Source: Nageia nagi (Eukaryota > Plantae > Pinophyta). From it: 64,000 nt of DNA. Shown here in pieces: positions 63,405 to 64,000 of this stretch (position 1 is the first letter of the stretch; every line of letters begins with the position of its first letter). The DNA is taken from positions 11,904,001 to 11,968,000 of the forward strand of contig JBITNC010000002.1 in the NCBI GenBank assembly GCA_050084985.1, in the 5' to 3' direction. The position numbers and the translations under genes were made by a program. Under the pieces are notes generated by a model. The model had not been told where the DNA came from and did no database searches. It worked only from the letters and a program-made list of their open reading frames with translations.

Positions 63405-64000
63405 AGTTTTTCCAAGGTAAGATCCAACACAAATCTTAAAAAAACCCTTCATGAACTAAGACATTACATTACAATGATAGATTATAAAGAACTCCCAGAG
63501 ATTATACGTATAACAACACTACATCATCAAAGCTTCATCCTACTTATCATGTTAATGATAGGTAATCACCATGGAAGAGATGAGAAAGGTCAAGATCCCT
63601 TACAACACATTTGATAAGAAACATTGTTGCATAATAACATTACAATTTGATCTTAAGGTTTTCTCAATGGAAAAGACCAACGATATAGAACAATGGCCAT
63701 GGCATTTCATACCCTACATTTGAACATATCCTGCACTTAAAACTACTAATTAGGCATGATAACTTGCAATGTAATTTGAATCATCTTATAGTATTGTATA
63801 AAAGTGAACTAAATTGATGCAAGTGCATAATTTACTTTGCAAACTTATGAGAATGACAAGTACTGATAGCTTTAAAGAGTAATGCACTATTAACTGACAA
63901 TAATGATCAATGACAAAACTACCTTCCCATGAAATCAAAAGCATACAATGTGTTCTTCAAGGCTATTCAGAGAATAATACACAACTTAATGTTGTTTAAA

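Overview
Plant nuclear DNA; the very long TE-filled introns suggest a gymnosperm, but that is inference. One host gene is present on the minus strand: an external alternative (type II) NAD(P)H dehydrogenase of the NDB family. Coding exon 1 (37161-37231), exon 2 (18739-19015) and the start of exon 3 (131 to the window edge) splice in frame across two introns of about 18 kb. The introns hold three complete non-autonomous LTR elements with TSDs, plus Copia, hAT and LINE debris. Two of the complete elements are gag-protease-only chromovirus-like elements. The third has 3-kb LTRs and a tRNA-Asn PBS, and each LTR carries its own ORF. Upstream of the gene (37.6-64 kb) is AT-rich, heavily decayed TE terrain: a multi-level Copia nest, an Ogre/Tat-like element, L1 remnants and a full-length but ancient Copia. 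The best leads are (i) an ORF with its own TATA box inside an LTR U3, (ii) a diversified 10-aa repeat domain that replaces RT/RNaseH/integrase in frame and shares its core with the LTR repeats, and (iii) candidate regulatory features of NDB: an AUG-stop uORF, a poison exon and an alternative short first exon. All calls were made by eye; no database searches were run.
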